Assembly: GCA_934271655.1 (NCBI GenBank)
Contig: CAKQRW010000006.1
Span: 2,604-66,603 of the forward strand
Direction: 5' to 3'
From: an uncultured Bacteroidaceae bacterium
GTDB taxonomy: Bacteria > Bacteroidota > Bacteroidia > Bacteroidales > Bacteroidaceae
DNA: 64,000 bases
Shown here: piece after piece, positions 1-8,728 of the stretch
Layout of the letters: each line of letters opens with the position of its first letter
Position numbering within the stretch: the first letter of the stretch is position 1
Position numbers and translations under genes: made by a program
The notes under the pieces: model-generated
The model's database searches: none
The model's input: only the letters and a program-made list of their open reading frames with translations
Told to the model about the DNA's origin: nothing

Positions 1-1629
1 CAACTTTCCAAATGACGGCCTATCAATATCATGCGCATACGTCAGCTGCATTTGGGTGTTGCCAATCGGAAACGTCATAGATAAGGAAGGAAAAACGTTT
101 GAATAATTTCTGCTCTGTTCCTGAGCGAGTTTGCCCTGCTCATAATAATTAAAGTCCACATATTCATAGCGCACCCCCAACTGTACGCCAAGTTTGCCAA
201 ATTGACGAGCATAATCTACAAAAGTAGATGTCATAGCCTCTTTCGCCTCATCATCCACTGTGCTCACAATAGAAGCGGGCCATCCCTCATAACCAGTCTG
301 GCGGCTCGTATTCGAGTATTCTCCACCAATAGACAACTGTCCTCCAGACAGAGGCGCAGTAAGCACAAGTTTTGCGGCAGCCATACTATTTCTGTTGTCA
401 GATTTTGTCAGCACATCCTGTGTGCTGGATGCGCCAGACTCATAATCTGTATTGTTCTCTTGGTTATCTCTGTCAGATTTTACCTTATTCCAATAGTAAT
501 CAGCATTGAAATCCACGCCAACATTTCCAAATTTTCCTACAAAATAAATATTCGATGAGACATTTGTGTTTTTTCCCGAAGCCACTATATTCGTAATGGA
601 ATTTTCTTTCAATATGCTGTTCATCAACGTCGACATCTCTACAGATCCCTTAAAGGAATTTTTAGTATAGGTGTCATATATGACCTCTGCCCCCCAAGAG
701 CAACTGTCATTAAGAAGATGATTGCCCCTTATGTATACATACGGCTCACATTGGGTTGCTTCCTGCCTTGCCAAGGCTGTCTGCCTATACTTCATGCCAT
801 CATTTTCAATCAGCTGGTCGACACCGTTCGTCTGCGGCAAATGATTATACGACAGGTAAGAATAACATCTCACATCAAATTTCTTCTCACGATAATTCAA
901 ATCCAGCGATTCCCATTCATTAGTGCGTTGCTCCTCATTCATGGAAAAATACGCTGCAGCATCTACTCCAAAGCCCTCACCCTTGGGCTTCTTTGTAGTG
1001 ATACGTATGACACTCTTCACGGAAGCGCTGTAACGAGCACCTGGATTGGTGATAACCTCTACATCTTTCACTTCGTCACTTTTTATATAACGAATATCTG
1101 AAAGACCCGAAACCTTTCTTCCATTCAGATATATTTCTGGAGTTCCCCTGCCGAAGACCTCCACTTTTCCGTTTTGTGCAGACACATTAGGCATGCGATC
1201 CAACAGTTGCTCTATCGTGTTTGTCTTCTCCAACACGCTGCCAGCCACGGTAACGACCATTCCCTCGCCTCGCATTTGAATTTTGGGTCTGTCGCTCTTG
1301 ACAAGCACCTCATTTAGAATGTTAGTATCCTCATCCAGCACTATGCGCAACGTATCCTTGCCATCTATATCAAACATTGATGTCTTGTATCCCATAGAAG
1401 AGCATCGGATAAATCCCTTCTTTCCCTGAGAATTCATTGTGAATCTACCTTCAGCATTCGTACTGACACCATCTATAAACATTGAGTCGACAGACGACAG
1501 CAACACCACATTAACCATCTCCAGCGGTCTGCCTACAGCATCCACCACATGTCCACTCACATTTTGTCCAAAAGATGCGCGTGAGACAAGAGACAGAAAA
1601 AACATAATTATAATTTTATTCTTTTTCAT
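1..1629 (-). CDS. TonB-dependent receptor-like outer-membrane protein, N-terminal 543 codons (gene continues beyond the left window edge)
   Basis: Absent from the supplied ORF track because there is no stop inside the window. Manual minus-strand translation from the ATG at 1629..1627 gives MKKNKIIIMFFLSLVSRASFGQNVSGHVVDAVGRPLEMVNVVLLSSVDSMFIDGVSTNAEGRFTM..., a signal peptide plus a CarboxypepD_reg-like domain. A plug-like segment follows (...GKVEVFGRGTPEIYLNGRKVSGLSDIRYIKSDEVKDVEVITNPGARYSASVKSVIRITTKK...). I checked triplet by triplet that this frame has no stop from 1629 down to position 1. Confidence 0.8.
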   Translation of the reverse strand, partial: MKKNKIIIMFFLSLVSRASFGQNVSGHVVDAVGRPLEMVNVVLLSSVDSMFIDGVSTNAEGRFTMNSQGKKGFIRCSSMGYKTSMFDIDGKDTLRIVLDEDTNILNEVLVKSDRPKIQMRGEGMVVTVAGSVLEKTNTIEQLLDRMPNVSAQNGKVEVFGRGTPEIYLNGRKVSGLSDIRYIKSDEVKDVEVITNPGARYSASVKSVIRITTKKPKGEGFGVDAAAYFSMNEEQRTNEWESLDLNYREKKFDVRCYSYLSYNHLPQTNGVDQLIENDGMKYRQTALARQEATQCEPYVYIRGNHLLNDSCSWGAEVIYDTYTKNSFKGSVEMSTLMNSILKENSITNIVASGKNTNVSSNIYFVGKFGNVGVDFNADYYWNKVKSDRDNQENNTDYESGASSTQDVLTKSDNRNSMAAAKLVLTAPLSGGQLSIGGEYSNTSRQTGYEGWPASIVSTVDDEAKEAMTSTFVDYARQFGKLGVQLGVRYEYVDFNYYEQGKLAQEQSRNYSNVFPSLSMTFPIGNTQMQLTYAHDIDRPSFGKL

Positions 1630-1648
1630 ATTCTTTATTTGATGAGTT

Positions 1649-2980
1649 TTATTTATTGCACAATTTGTAATAATCCTCCAAGCACTTGTCCAATAATCCT
1701 GGAGCCTTCTGCATGCACTGACACAAATTGTATTCGCCTCCATGGTACAGGTTGCGTTCATTGTACCATGCACACTTGCCATTGCATATAGGCAAATAGA
1801 AACAACTGCGGCACTCTGCGTCATTATACCATACACAACCTACATGGTATCTGTAATAAAGCTGCTTGTTCACTATATCATTGCCATCGATACAACCAAC
1901 GATTCTCGTCTTGTCAGACACGTCATTCCAACACTTGTATATCTCTCCCAAAGGACCTATTATAAAAGAGTTGGCACTTGAGGCACAGCATATCCGTGCA
2001 TGGCTCATGCACGGATATACCTCCTTCCCCAACATGCCCTTTGAATATATGTCATAAAATAAATACGACGATTCATAACACCCTAAAGCAGGTTCGACTA
2101 TATTTGTCTTTTCTGCATTGTCCAACCTTATTATTCCAGGATATACTACCACGTTATCAAGACGTTCTTTTTCTTTCATCTCCTTAAACAAAGCATAATA
2201 ATCATCTACATTTCCCTTATCGACATTTACCCTTACGCTCACCCTTGCCCCAGGAAATTCCTTGGAAACATGTGCGATATTTTCAATTATTCTATCATAC
2301 GAAGGAGATTTCGAACCCTTTTGCTTTCTTAACTTATCATGTCGTTCTTTGCGTCCATCCAGCGTAATCTGAATATTATTCAAAGTATACTTCCTAAACA
2401 CATCTATCGCTTTCCCCTCAAAATAATACCCATTTGTTACTATTGAATGGCTTTGCAATTTTATCCCCATATTGTCAATGCCATGCAGTATCTTTTCTAT
2501 AGCGTTTATTGCCAGAAGAGGTTCACCACCATACCACGTAAGACTTGTGTTGTCCTTTCCTTCATTTCCCTCGATAAAATCCAGTAGTTTATCTATAGTA
2601 GAATTACTCATCACGCCGCCATGCTTGTTGCCCTCAAAACAATAAGAGCAGTCAAAATTGCAATCTAATGTTGGAGCCAGCACCAAATTCAATTTACTTT
2701 TATCATGCTGAACTGTCTGTGTCAAGAACTGACTGCTCAATATATAGTCTTCATCATCAGTCCATTTTCCAACAAAACCCTCATTAACAAGTGTCTGCAG
2801 GACATCTTGTTTTACAGAGGATTCATTCAAAGGCATTTTCTCGCTCTGGCACCGCTGCAATAGACTATATATTTGCTCGAACAATTCTATGAAAGAATTT
2901 GTCTTGGAACAATATGCAAGTGGAGTTCCATCTTTCGTACGAAAGAAATGCACAAATCTTGATACAAACAATCTTTCCAT
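1649..2980 (-). CDS. radical SAM/SPASM-domain peptide-modifying enzyme (candidate RiPP maturase)
   Basis: 443-aa ORF. CX3CX2C motif at Cys107/111/114 (LDCNFDCSYCFEG), WYGGEPLL motif, and a Cys-rich C-terminal auxiliary-cluster region (CRSCFYLPICNGKCAW, CQC). About 95 aa precede the rSAM core, the size and position of an RRE/PqqD-like domain. Confidence 0.85.
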   Translation of the reverse strand: MERLFVSRFVHFFRTKDGTPLAYCSKTNSFIELFEQIYSLLQRCQSEKMPLNESSVKQDVLQTLVNEGFVGKWTDDEDYILSSQFLTQTVQHDKSKLNLVLAPTLDCNFDCSYCFEGNKHGGVMSNSTIDKLLDFIEGNEGKDNTSLTWYGGEPLLAINAIEKILHGIDNMGIKLQSHSIVTNGYYFEGKAIDVFRKYTLNNIQITLDGRKERHDKLRKQKGSKSPSYDRIIENIAHVSKEFPGARVSVRVNVDKGNVDDYYALFKEMKEKERLDNVVVYPGIIRLDNAEKTNIVEPALGCYESSYLFYDIYSKGMLGKEVYPCMSHARICCASSANSFIIGPLGEIYKCWNDVSDKTRIVGCIDGNDIVNKQLYYRYHVGCVWYNDAECRSCFYLPICNGKCAWYNERNLYHGGEYNLCQCMQKAPGLLDKCLEDYYKLCNK

Positions 2981-3067
2981 TATAAAATTCTGTGTTTTAT
3001 AAGAGCACGTGCTTCTACTCTATAAGCACGCACTCTTTTGTTTCTCTTATTTTATCAACATTTGTTA

Positions 3068-3247
3068 TTATTTCCCTGATGGTGGTTTGGGATTTGACGC
3101 ATTGTCTTTACATAAATTGATTAAACAGAAATTTCCACATTCAGAGGATTCCTCTGCAACAAGGTTCTCATTCAAGCCACCTCGTATGCTAAGCAAATCC
3201 TCTGGTGAAAGAACATCTTTACTCTTTATGACCTTAATGTCTCCCAT
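3068..3247 (-). CDS. putative 59-aa RiPP precursor peptide (double-glycine leader, three-Cys core)
   Basis: Below the 60-aa cutoff of the ORF track; found by manual translation. Sequence: MGDIKVIKSKDVLSPEDLLSIRGGLNENLVAEESSECGNFCLINLCKDNASNPKPPSGK, with stop TAA at 3070..3068. The leader LSPEDLLSIRGG resembles Bacteroidetes GG-type leaders. It lies on the same strand, 87 nt upstream of the rSAM gene. Confidence 0.6.
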   Translation of the reverse strand: MGDIKVIKSKDVLSPEDLLSIRGGLNENLVAEESSECGNFCLINLCKDNASNPKPPSGK

Positions 3248-3385
3248 ATTCTTTCATTTGTTTACGCCTACTTAATAGCGCATAAGCACTCGCTCCTTTT
3301 TAATAGTAAGGTCTATTCATAACAAGTCGACTGTCTTATGTTGTTTTATAAATCTGGTTATGCATGGCTTATATATCTGACGACA

Positions 3386-3766
3386 TCATAAATCTACAAT
3401 AGTCCAATATATCACATCTCCACACACAAGCTGTATCTCCACTTCCCCCGTGATGCTTCCATGCATGTCCACACATCCTCTTATATCCACCGTTCCTATA
3501 CAAATCGGTATTCCCCCACTTGAGACAATGAAGACAGCATCACCAGCATGCTCTTTCCCTAAGCTCAATACATCTCCATCCATAAAAGCACTTATCATCA
3601 ATATAGGCATACGGCTTGATGGTTTCGAACCATGCTTCGTTGCCACAGGATGGAACACCACTTCCTCTTTTTTTGGTTGCTTGGTTGTGCTGCCATTCGA
3701 CTGCGCTCTTGACTGTACTGCAGATAGCAATAATATCACCATCACCACATACACATTTCTTTTCAT
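3386..3766 (-). CDS. small secreted hypothetical protein (signal peptide; possibly a DUF3244-like beta-sandwich, uncertain)
   Basis: The track ORF is 3386..3811. The likely start is the internal ATG at 3766 (MKRNVYVVMVILLLSAVQSRAQS...), which gives a classical signal peptide. No recognisable catalytic motif. Confidence 0.6.
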   Translation of the reverse strand: MKRNVYVVMVILLLSAVQSRAQSNGSTTKQPKKEEVVFHPVATKHGSKPSSRMPILMISAFMDGDVLSLGKEHAGDAVFIVSSGGIPICIGTVDIRGCVDMHGSITGEVEIQLVCGDVIYWTIVDL

Positions 3767-3862
3767 CTTATATTTTTCTTTGTCTTCCGCAAAGTTACCA
3801 TTATACATCAATATTCACAAATTTGCTACTGTATTTCTTTACATTCATTTTACATTTTCTTT

Positions 3863-4486
3863 TCACACGACAGCTAAACATATGATTATTAGATATAAAT
3901 TATTTTTACATTTTTTTACACTATATGCATTCTGGATATTTTTAAACAATTTTCTTGCATTTTTCTCCCCAAACAACTTTTCGTTGATGTTTGCCTTCAG
4001 GTTTGTAACACGCTGGGAAGACACATCAAGCAGAATAGAAATCTCACCACTGGAAAATCCCATAAACACCAACAGACAGACCCTTATCTCATGAGGACTG
4101 AGTCTGTGCCTACACATGAGTGAGTCCAATTCCGGCAACTGATGACGTAGCGTATCCTGCAACATTTTCCAGTCATCGTCTTTGGGGATATTTGAGTCAG
4201 AGCAAGGATTTACTATATATTTGAACCTTCTCAATGTCGCATCATACAACACCTCATTTTCTCTGACATCTTTTTCAGCAGACTGATACATGGATATTAT
4301 AACATTTTGCTTATCTATTTCCTTATCCTTCTCTTTTATAGCTACTGCTGATGTTGTCTTCACCTGAGAAACTTTTTGAAGAACGCACAAAAGGCTTTGT
4401 CTTAATTCGTGTATTTTCAGATTTCTTGACTCTTTCTCGGCGCTTAGCCGTTCCATCTTCCTCCTATACGATATATATATACACAC
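3863..4486 (-). CDS. C-terminal part of a split regulator: coiled coil plus LuxR/GerE-type HTH
   Basis: HTH segment LSPHEIRVCLLVFMGFSSGEISILLDVSSQRVTNLKANINEKLFG. Overlaps the upstream TPR ORF by 23 nt in a different frame. The track start is a GTG. Confidence 0.65.
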   Translation of the reverse strand: MCIYISYRRKMERLSAEKESRNLKIHELRQSLLCVLQKVSQVKTTSAVAIKEKDKEIDKQNVIISMYQSAEKDVRENEVLYDATLRRFKYIVNPCSDSNIPKDDDWKMLQDTLRHQLPELDSLMCRHRLSPHEIRVCLLVFMGFSSGEISILLDVSSQRVTNLKANINEKLFGEKNARKLFKNIQNAYSVKKCKNNLYLIIICLAVV

Positions 4487-5660
4487 ATGCAGATACCACT
4501 ATTGCAGCAATAAGTGCCAAAATCCAGGCTTGTCGCTCCGCATCATTTTCTTTCTCAAGAATATTCATCTGCAACCTGTGGTAATCATACATAGCAGATG
4601 CCTGCATGACTGCACCTGTGCGTATGTTAGACACATAATTATAAAAAGCTTTTTCCTGAAGCCTTGAGTACTTTCGGACAGAATCAGCATCCTGCCTGTC
4701 TGCATATATAGCCAACAATCCATTATATCCCTCATACTTATACCCATTCTTCGCAAGCACCCTATAATAATATTCCGCAGAATCTTTATCATGAATTCCC
4801 TCATAATACATGGCTTTATAATAACTGTAATATCCGCAAGCCAACGACTCCACACATTCACCAGGCAAGGGAGCCTCCTTCTCGTACACAGTCATGTAGC
4901 TGCGAGCCGTATCATACTCTTTTCTGAAAAGATAGTAATGTATTATCGACTGCATGGCTTTTGCCGCATCCTCTGGCATACCATTTTTTTTGTAAAGACT
5001 GATGCATTCTTTCATAGCCACCAACGATTTGAGGCTGTCCCCCATCTCATTATACTGAAGAGCCACAAGTTCCCGGCCATGTATATACTCATAGAGGTTT
5101 CCTGCCTTCTTTGCATAGTAGCTGTAACGTTCATATGCTTCTAAAGCCTCTTCATCCAAATACTGGTTGCTGTACATATCTGCCATCTGGCCATATATTC
5201 TATAAAGCGTGGCAAAGTCACACATTGCATCAACCGTATCCGTACATTCCGCAGCCTCCTTATAGCATTGGATAGCCTTTGGAGCTTCATTCTGGTCTCG
5301 GTATATGCATCCAAGCAGATACAGAGCCAGCATCTTCTCATTGGATGTGCCACGGGTCCTATAATATTCCACCACTTCATTAAACGCTGAGTCGGATGGC
5401 ATATCACCATAAAGTTTGTTCTGCACCTTTGCGTATAGCATGCGGAATTTCATCTTCTCCCTCTTACTGAATTTGTCAATATCAGCCATGCGCAGCAGAC
5501 TGTCCTTAGCTGCATGAGGATTACTTTCCATGAGAGTGTCTATGAGCCCCAACCTTTCCATCCTTACGCTATTGCCTGTGCAGCTCATCGCAATCATGAG
5601 CAAGATAGGAATTACAAGTATTGTGGACATACCATGAACATATACTCCTCCTATTTTCAT
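4464..5660 (-). CDS. N-terminal part of a split regulator: signal/lipoprotein-like N-terminus, TPR-like repeats, TM helix
   Basis: The track ORF is 4464..5771. The likely start is the ATG at 5660 (MKIGGVYVHGMSTILVIPILLMIAMSCTGN). TPR-like Y/A-rich repeats are present (ALYLLGCIYRDQNEAPKAIQCYKEA..., EALEAYERYSYYAKKAG...). The ORF ends inside a hydrophobic helix, ILALIAAIVVSACVYIYIV*. Confidence 0.65.
   Translation of the reverse strand: MKIGGVYVHGMSTILVIPILLMIAMSCTGNSVRMERLGLIDTLMESNPHAAKDSLLRMADIDKFSKREKMKFRMLYAKVQNKLYGDMPSDSAFNEVVEYYRTRGTSNEKMLALYLLGCIYRDQNEAPKAIQCYKEAAECTDTVDAMCDFATLYRIYGQMADMYSNQYLDEEALEAYERYSYYAKKAGNLYEYIHGRELVALQYNEMGDSLKSLVAMKECISLYKKNGMPEDAAKAMQSIIHYYLFRKEYDTARSYMTVYEKEAPLPGECVESLACGYYSYYKAMYYEGIHDKDSAEYYYRVLAKNGYKYEGYNGLLAIYADRQDADSVRKYSRLQEKAFYNYVSNIRTGAVMQASAMYDYHRLQMNILEKENDAERQAWILALIAAIVVSACVYIYIV
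4471..4481. repeat. (AT)5A dinucleotide run flanked by (AC)3, located at the frameshift between the two regulator ORFs
   Basis: Plus strand cg-atatatatata-cacaca-tg. One extra AT unit would fuse the two ORFs. Confidence 0.9.
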
Positions 5661-5771
5661 GTCAACGCTTTTACCTTTTATATTTTTTACTAAATTATTG
5701 CCTATAAAACCATTACAAGCGACTACTTGTATCATCTGTACACAGCTGACGCCTTCATTACCGTTCCTCAT

Positions 5772-7709
5772 CTACACCAACCGCACTATCATAGCCGTTC
5801 TGTCGTCAAGCTGGTCTGCCTGAGCCGCAAATGTCTGCACATCAGCCAAGACAAAGTCTGCCAACTCAGCAGAGGTCTTGTCGCCATGAGCCTTCAGCGC
5901 CTCCATAAGGCGTTTCTCACCATACATGCTCATGTCTGCATTGACAGCATCAGTCACCCCGTCGCTATAGAGACACAGCGCAGAGCCTTTCTGCATGACC
6001 ACAGACTGGGCTGCATAGACCGTAGCGGAAGATGCTCCCAATGGCATGTTGCGTTCCACCTCAAGCAGAGCGGCCTCGCTATGGGCTGTCAGCATGACTG
6101 GAGCAGGATGTCCTGCGTTGCAATAAGACACACGTCCGGAAGCCAGATTGAGCACGCCGATGAATGCGGGGCAGAACACGAAGTCAGGATTGCACTCAGA
6201 CAAAGCACGGTTGATGATATCTGCAAGCACCTCTGGCTTGTCGGTACGCATAGCCTCAGAACGGAAGATGCGGCAGGCGGCAGACATCAGCGATGCTGCC
6301 AGCGTGCCCCTGGCCGACACGCCCATCATCATGAAATAAAGTTTGCCATCGGCAACAAGATGCTGATACATGTCGCCAGCCGATATCTTGGCAGGCTGTA
6401 TGCGCGCTCCTATATCCACACGGCTTTCACCCTGCTCCATGGAGGAGGAAGCCTGCAAGATGTCATGCCGCATGGCACTGGCCAGGCGCATGTCTGTCTG
6501 TACCACCTCCTCAGCCACTATGTCACGGCGCATCCTGTCGCTCTGGCTGGCAATAGCTTTCTGCATGTAGACGAACGCATTCCTTAGCTGGGCTATCTCG
6601 TCCACACGGTTATATGTCACCAGCTCATTGTCATATCTGCCATGAGCTACGCGGCGCATGGCTGCTGTGATGTTTTCCACAGGATGCACGACAAAACGCA
6701 CAGACAGTTGGCACACCACAACGACAAGAATGACAAACACGACGGCGAGCACCGATGCCCACAAGGCATAGCGCTCCACGCCAACGATGACCTCCTTGGC
6801 CGGACACACTGAGAGAAGGGTCCAGCCTGTCTTTTTCAGGCTTCTGTAGGTGAGGTAATAGTCATCGCCGTTCCATTTGTTGAGGATATAGCCAGAGCGT
6901 CCAGCCGCCATGTCATCCTTCATAGTCTGCAAGGCTTCGTCGCTATGGCCGTAAGCCTCCGCAAAGAAAGCCTCATGAAGCACCATGGCTGAGTCGGGGT
7001 GCGCTATGTGCATGCCTCTTCTGTCGAGCAGCACATTGAAGGAACTGGGGAATATCCTCATGTCGGAGACAATCTTCGCTATGCTGTGCAATGAGACCTC
7101 CACCGCCGCCACAGCATACAGTTTGCCTTCCGGGTCGTACATAGGGCATGAGTATGTCACAACATTCATGTCGGAACCGTCAGTTTCTTTTCCGCCGTGA
7201 TACTCTTTCTTAGGATCGCCCCAATAAGGGGACTTTGTCAGCTTAGGCACGATGAACCAATTGAGGTATTCATATTCATACTCATACTCATTAAGGTTCT
7301 TGGGCACGATGCTGCTGCCCTCTCTCACGGCACATGGAGCGTAGTAGCGTCCCTTGCTTGGGTAGTAGTCTGGCACGAAGGCTATGGTGCAGGCGTGGAT
7401 GAGACTGTTGTCCTCCACTATTGAGCTTACAGCTGAGTAGAGGCTGTCGGGGTTGTCAAGCCTGCTTGCCAGCCTCCATGTGTGGTTGCTCATGGTGACC
7501 TCGACAGAGTGGAGCTCGTCGTCTATATGGAAGGCTATGGCTTCCATCTCCGCCAGCGTGTAACGCGCTGCTCCTGCCTCCAGCTTGTTCTTTTCCATGT
7601 GCAGAAATACCGTGAAGATAATAAGCATGGCCACTATGGAGAAGAGCGCCACGTGCGTCACAACGCGTCCCGTGATGGTGTGCAGCAATGTGATAAATAT
7701 TCGTCTCAT
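5772..7709 (-). CDS. membrane sensor PP2C/SpoIIE-family protein phosphatase (TM, Cache-like periplasmic domain, TM, HAMP, PP2C)
   Basis: 645 aa with two hydrophobic helices flanking a ~280-aa extracytoplasmic region. HAMP-like segment RFVVHPVENITAAMRRVAHGRYDNEL. SpoIIE-type C-terminus (GDMYQHLVADGKLYFMMMGVSARGTLAASLMSAA...DDRTAMIVRLV). Confidence 0.8.
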   Translation of the reverse strand: MRRIFITLLHTITGRVVTHVALFSIVAMLIIFTVFLHMEKNKLEAGAARYTLAEMEAIAFHIDDELHSVEVTMSNHTWRLASRLDNPDSLYSAVSSIVEDNSLIHACTIAFVPDYYPSKGRYYAPCAVREGSSIVPKNLNEYEYEYEYLNWFIVPKLTKSPYWGDPKKEYHGGKETDGSDMNVVTYSCPMYDPEGKLYAVAAVEVSLHSIAKIVSDMRIFPSSFNVLLDRRGMHIAHPDSAMVLHEAFFAEAYGHSDEALQTMKDDMAAGRSGYILNKWNGDDYYLTYRSLKKTGWTLLSVCPAKEVIVGVERYALWASVLAVVFVILVVVVCQLSVRFVVHPVENITAAMRRVAHGRYDNELVTYNRVDEIAQLRNAFVYMQKAIASQSDRMRRDIVAEEVVQTDMRLASAMRHDILQASSSMEQGESRVDIGARIQPAKISAGDMYQHLVADGKLYFMMMGVSARGTLAASLMSAACRIFRSEAMRTDKPEVLADIINRALSECNPDFVFCPAFIGVLNLASGRVSYCNAGHPAPVMLTAHSEAALLEVERNMPLGASSATVYAAQSVVMQKGSALCLYSDGVTDAVNADMSMYGEKRLMEALKAHGDKTSAELADFVLADVQTFAAQADQLDDRTAMIVRLV

Positions 7710-8689
7710 TTTTCTTTGGTAAATTTAGAGTAGTTAGTTTTCTTGTTGACAAAGCCATATTGGTACAGCAGCTCAGACAGCCATTCATACGACTTCTTAT
7801 TAAGCTGGAAAGACGGCTTGGACTCACTCTTTTCCTTCTGCTGCTCTATGATTGAATCGAGCTGCACGCGCTGCAGGGTGCGGCTTGTGCGCACGCCGTC
7901 GCGCTCGGCATATTTCATCACTATGTCCAGAGCCTTCTCCTTGTTGGCCCTCACCCATTTCCATCCTCTGAGCGAGGCGTCGGCAAAGGCCTTGCACTCC
8001 ATGGGATGCTGCTGGTAGTATTCGTATGTGACATAGACACCGTCCTCTGGGATATCATAGCCGCGCCCGCGGAAAGAGAACGAACTGCCGTAGCAGAGAT
8101 TGGACATGTCTATCTGCACTTTCTCATTATACGACTTGACGAGTATGGCGTCTACAGCTCCGCTGGCATATAGCCCAACCACATCAGTCGTCTCTATCCA
8201 TTTGATGCCCGTCTGGTATATATAGTCTACCAGGCGCGGCAGTTCGCTGAAGCCGGATTTCCATGTGCCTACCCTGCAGCCCCTCAGGTCTCTCAGCGAC
8301 TTGACTCCAGGTTTTCTTGCCACGACCATCAGGGTGCAATGCTGCGATGTCTGGAGGATATTGACGAGAGGAGGCATTTTTTCCATTGCCACAAGAGCTG
8401 TGATAGCCTCTGAGGTGACGATGTCGCATCGCCTGTCGTAGAGAGAAGTGACGGACAGGCTGAAAGGGTCGCTGCGCTTAAAGCGCACATTGAGTCCTGC
8501 CTCACGGTAATAGCCCAGTTCGCTGGCTGCATAGTATCCTGCGAACTGGCTCTGCGTGTCAAACTGCGGCATGAACACGACGCGCTGCGCTTCTACAGCG
8601 GCAGAGACGCATGCGAGTGCAGCCACCAGCAGGCAACGCAGGTTACAGGCACGTGTCTTTTTCATATCAGAAAAAAGTTTCATTTCCAT
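7706..8689 (-). CDS. NMT1/THI5-like (ABC-type nitrate/sulfonate/bicarbonate-like) substrate-binding protein with signal peptide
   Basis: 327 aa. Signal peptide LLVAALACVSAAVEAQ, then FMPQFDTQSQFAGYYAASELGYYREAGLNVRF, typical of the NMT1/THI5-like SBP fold. Its stop overlaps the phosphatase start (ATGA at 7706..7709). Confidence 0.7.
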   Translation of the reverse strand: MEMKLFSDMKKTRACNLRCLLVAALACVSAAVEAQRVVFMPQFDTQSQFAGYYAASELGYYREAGLNVRFKRSDPFSLSVTSLYDRRCDIVTSEAITALVAMEKMPPLVNILQTSQHCTLMVVARKPGVKSLRDLRGCRVGTWKSGFSELPRLVDYIYQTGIKWIETTDVVGLYASGAVDAILVKSYNEKVQIDMSNLCYGSSFSFRGRGYDIPEDGVYVTYEYYQQHPMECKAFADASLRGWKWVRANKEKALDIVMKYAERDGVRTSRTLQRVQLDSIIEQQKEKSESKPSFQLNKKSYEWLSELLYQYGFVNKKTNYSKFTKEK

Positions 8690-8728
8690 AAGTCATTTTC
8701 ATAGGTGGTACAACATTTCCGGGCCGTC

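Noticed and set aside
1649-2980. Anaerobic sulfatase-maturating enzyme (anSME) interpretation of the rSAM/SPASM protein
   Set aside because: In anSMEs the CX3CX2C motif sits near the N-terminus and the gene neighbours sulfatases. Here the motif is at residue 107, after an RRE-sized extension. The neighbour is a short GG-leader Cys peptide, and no sulfatase is present.
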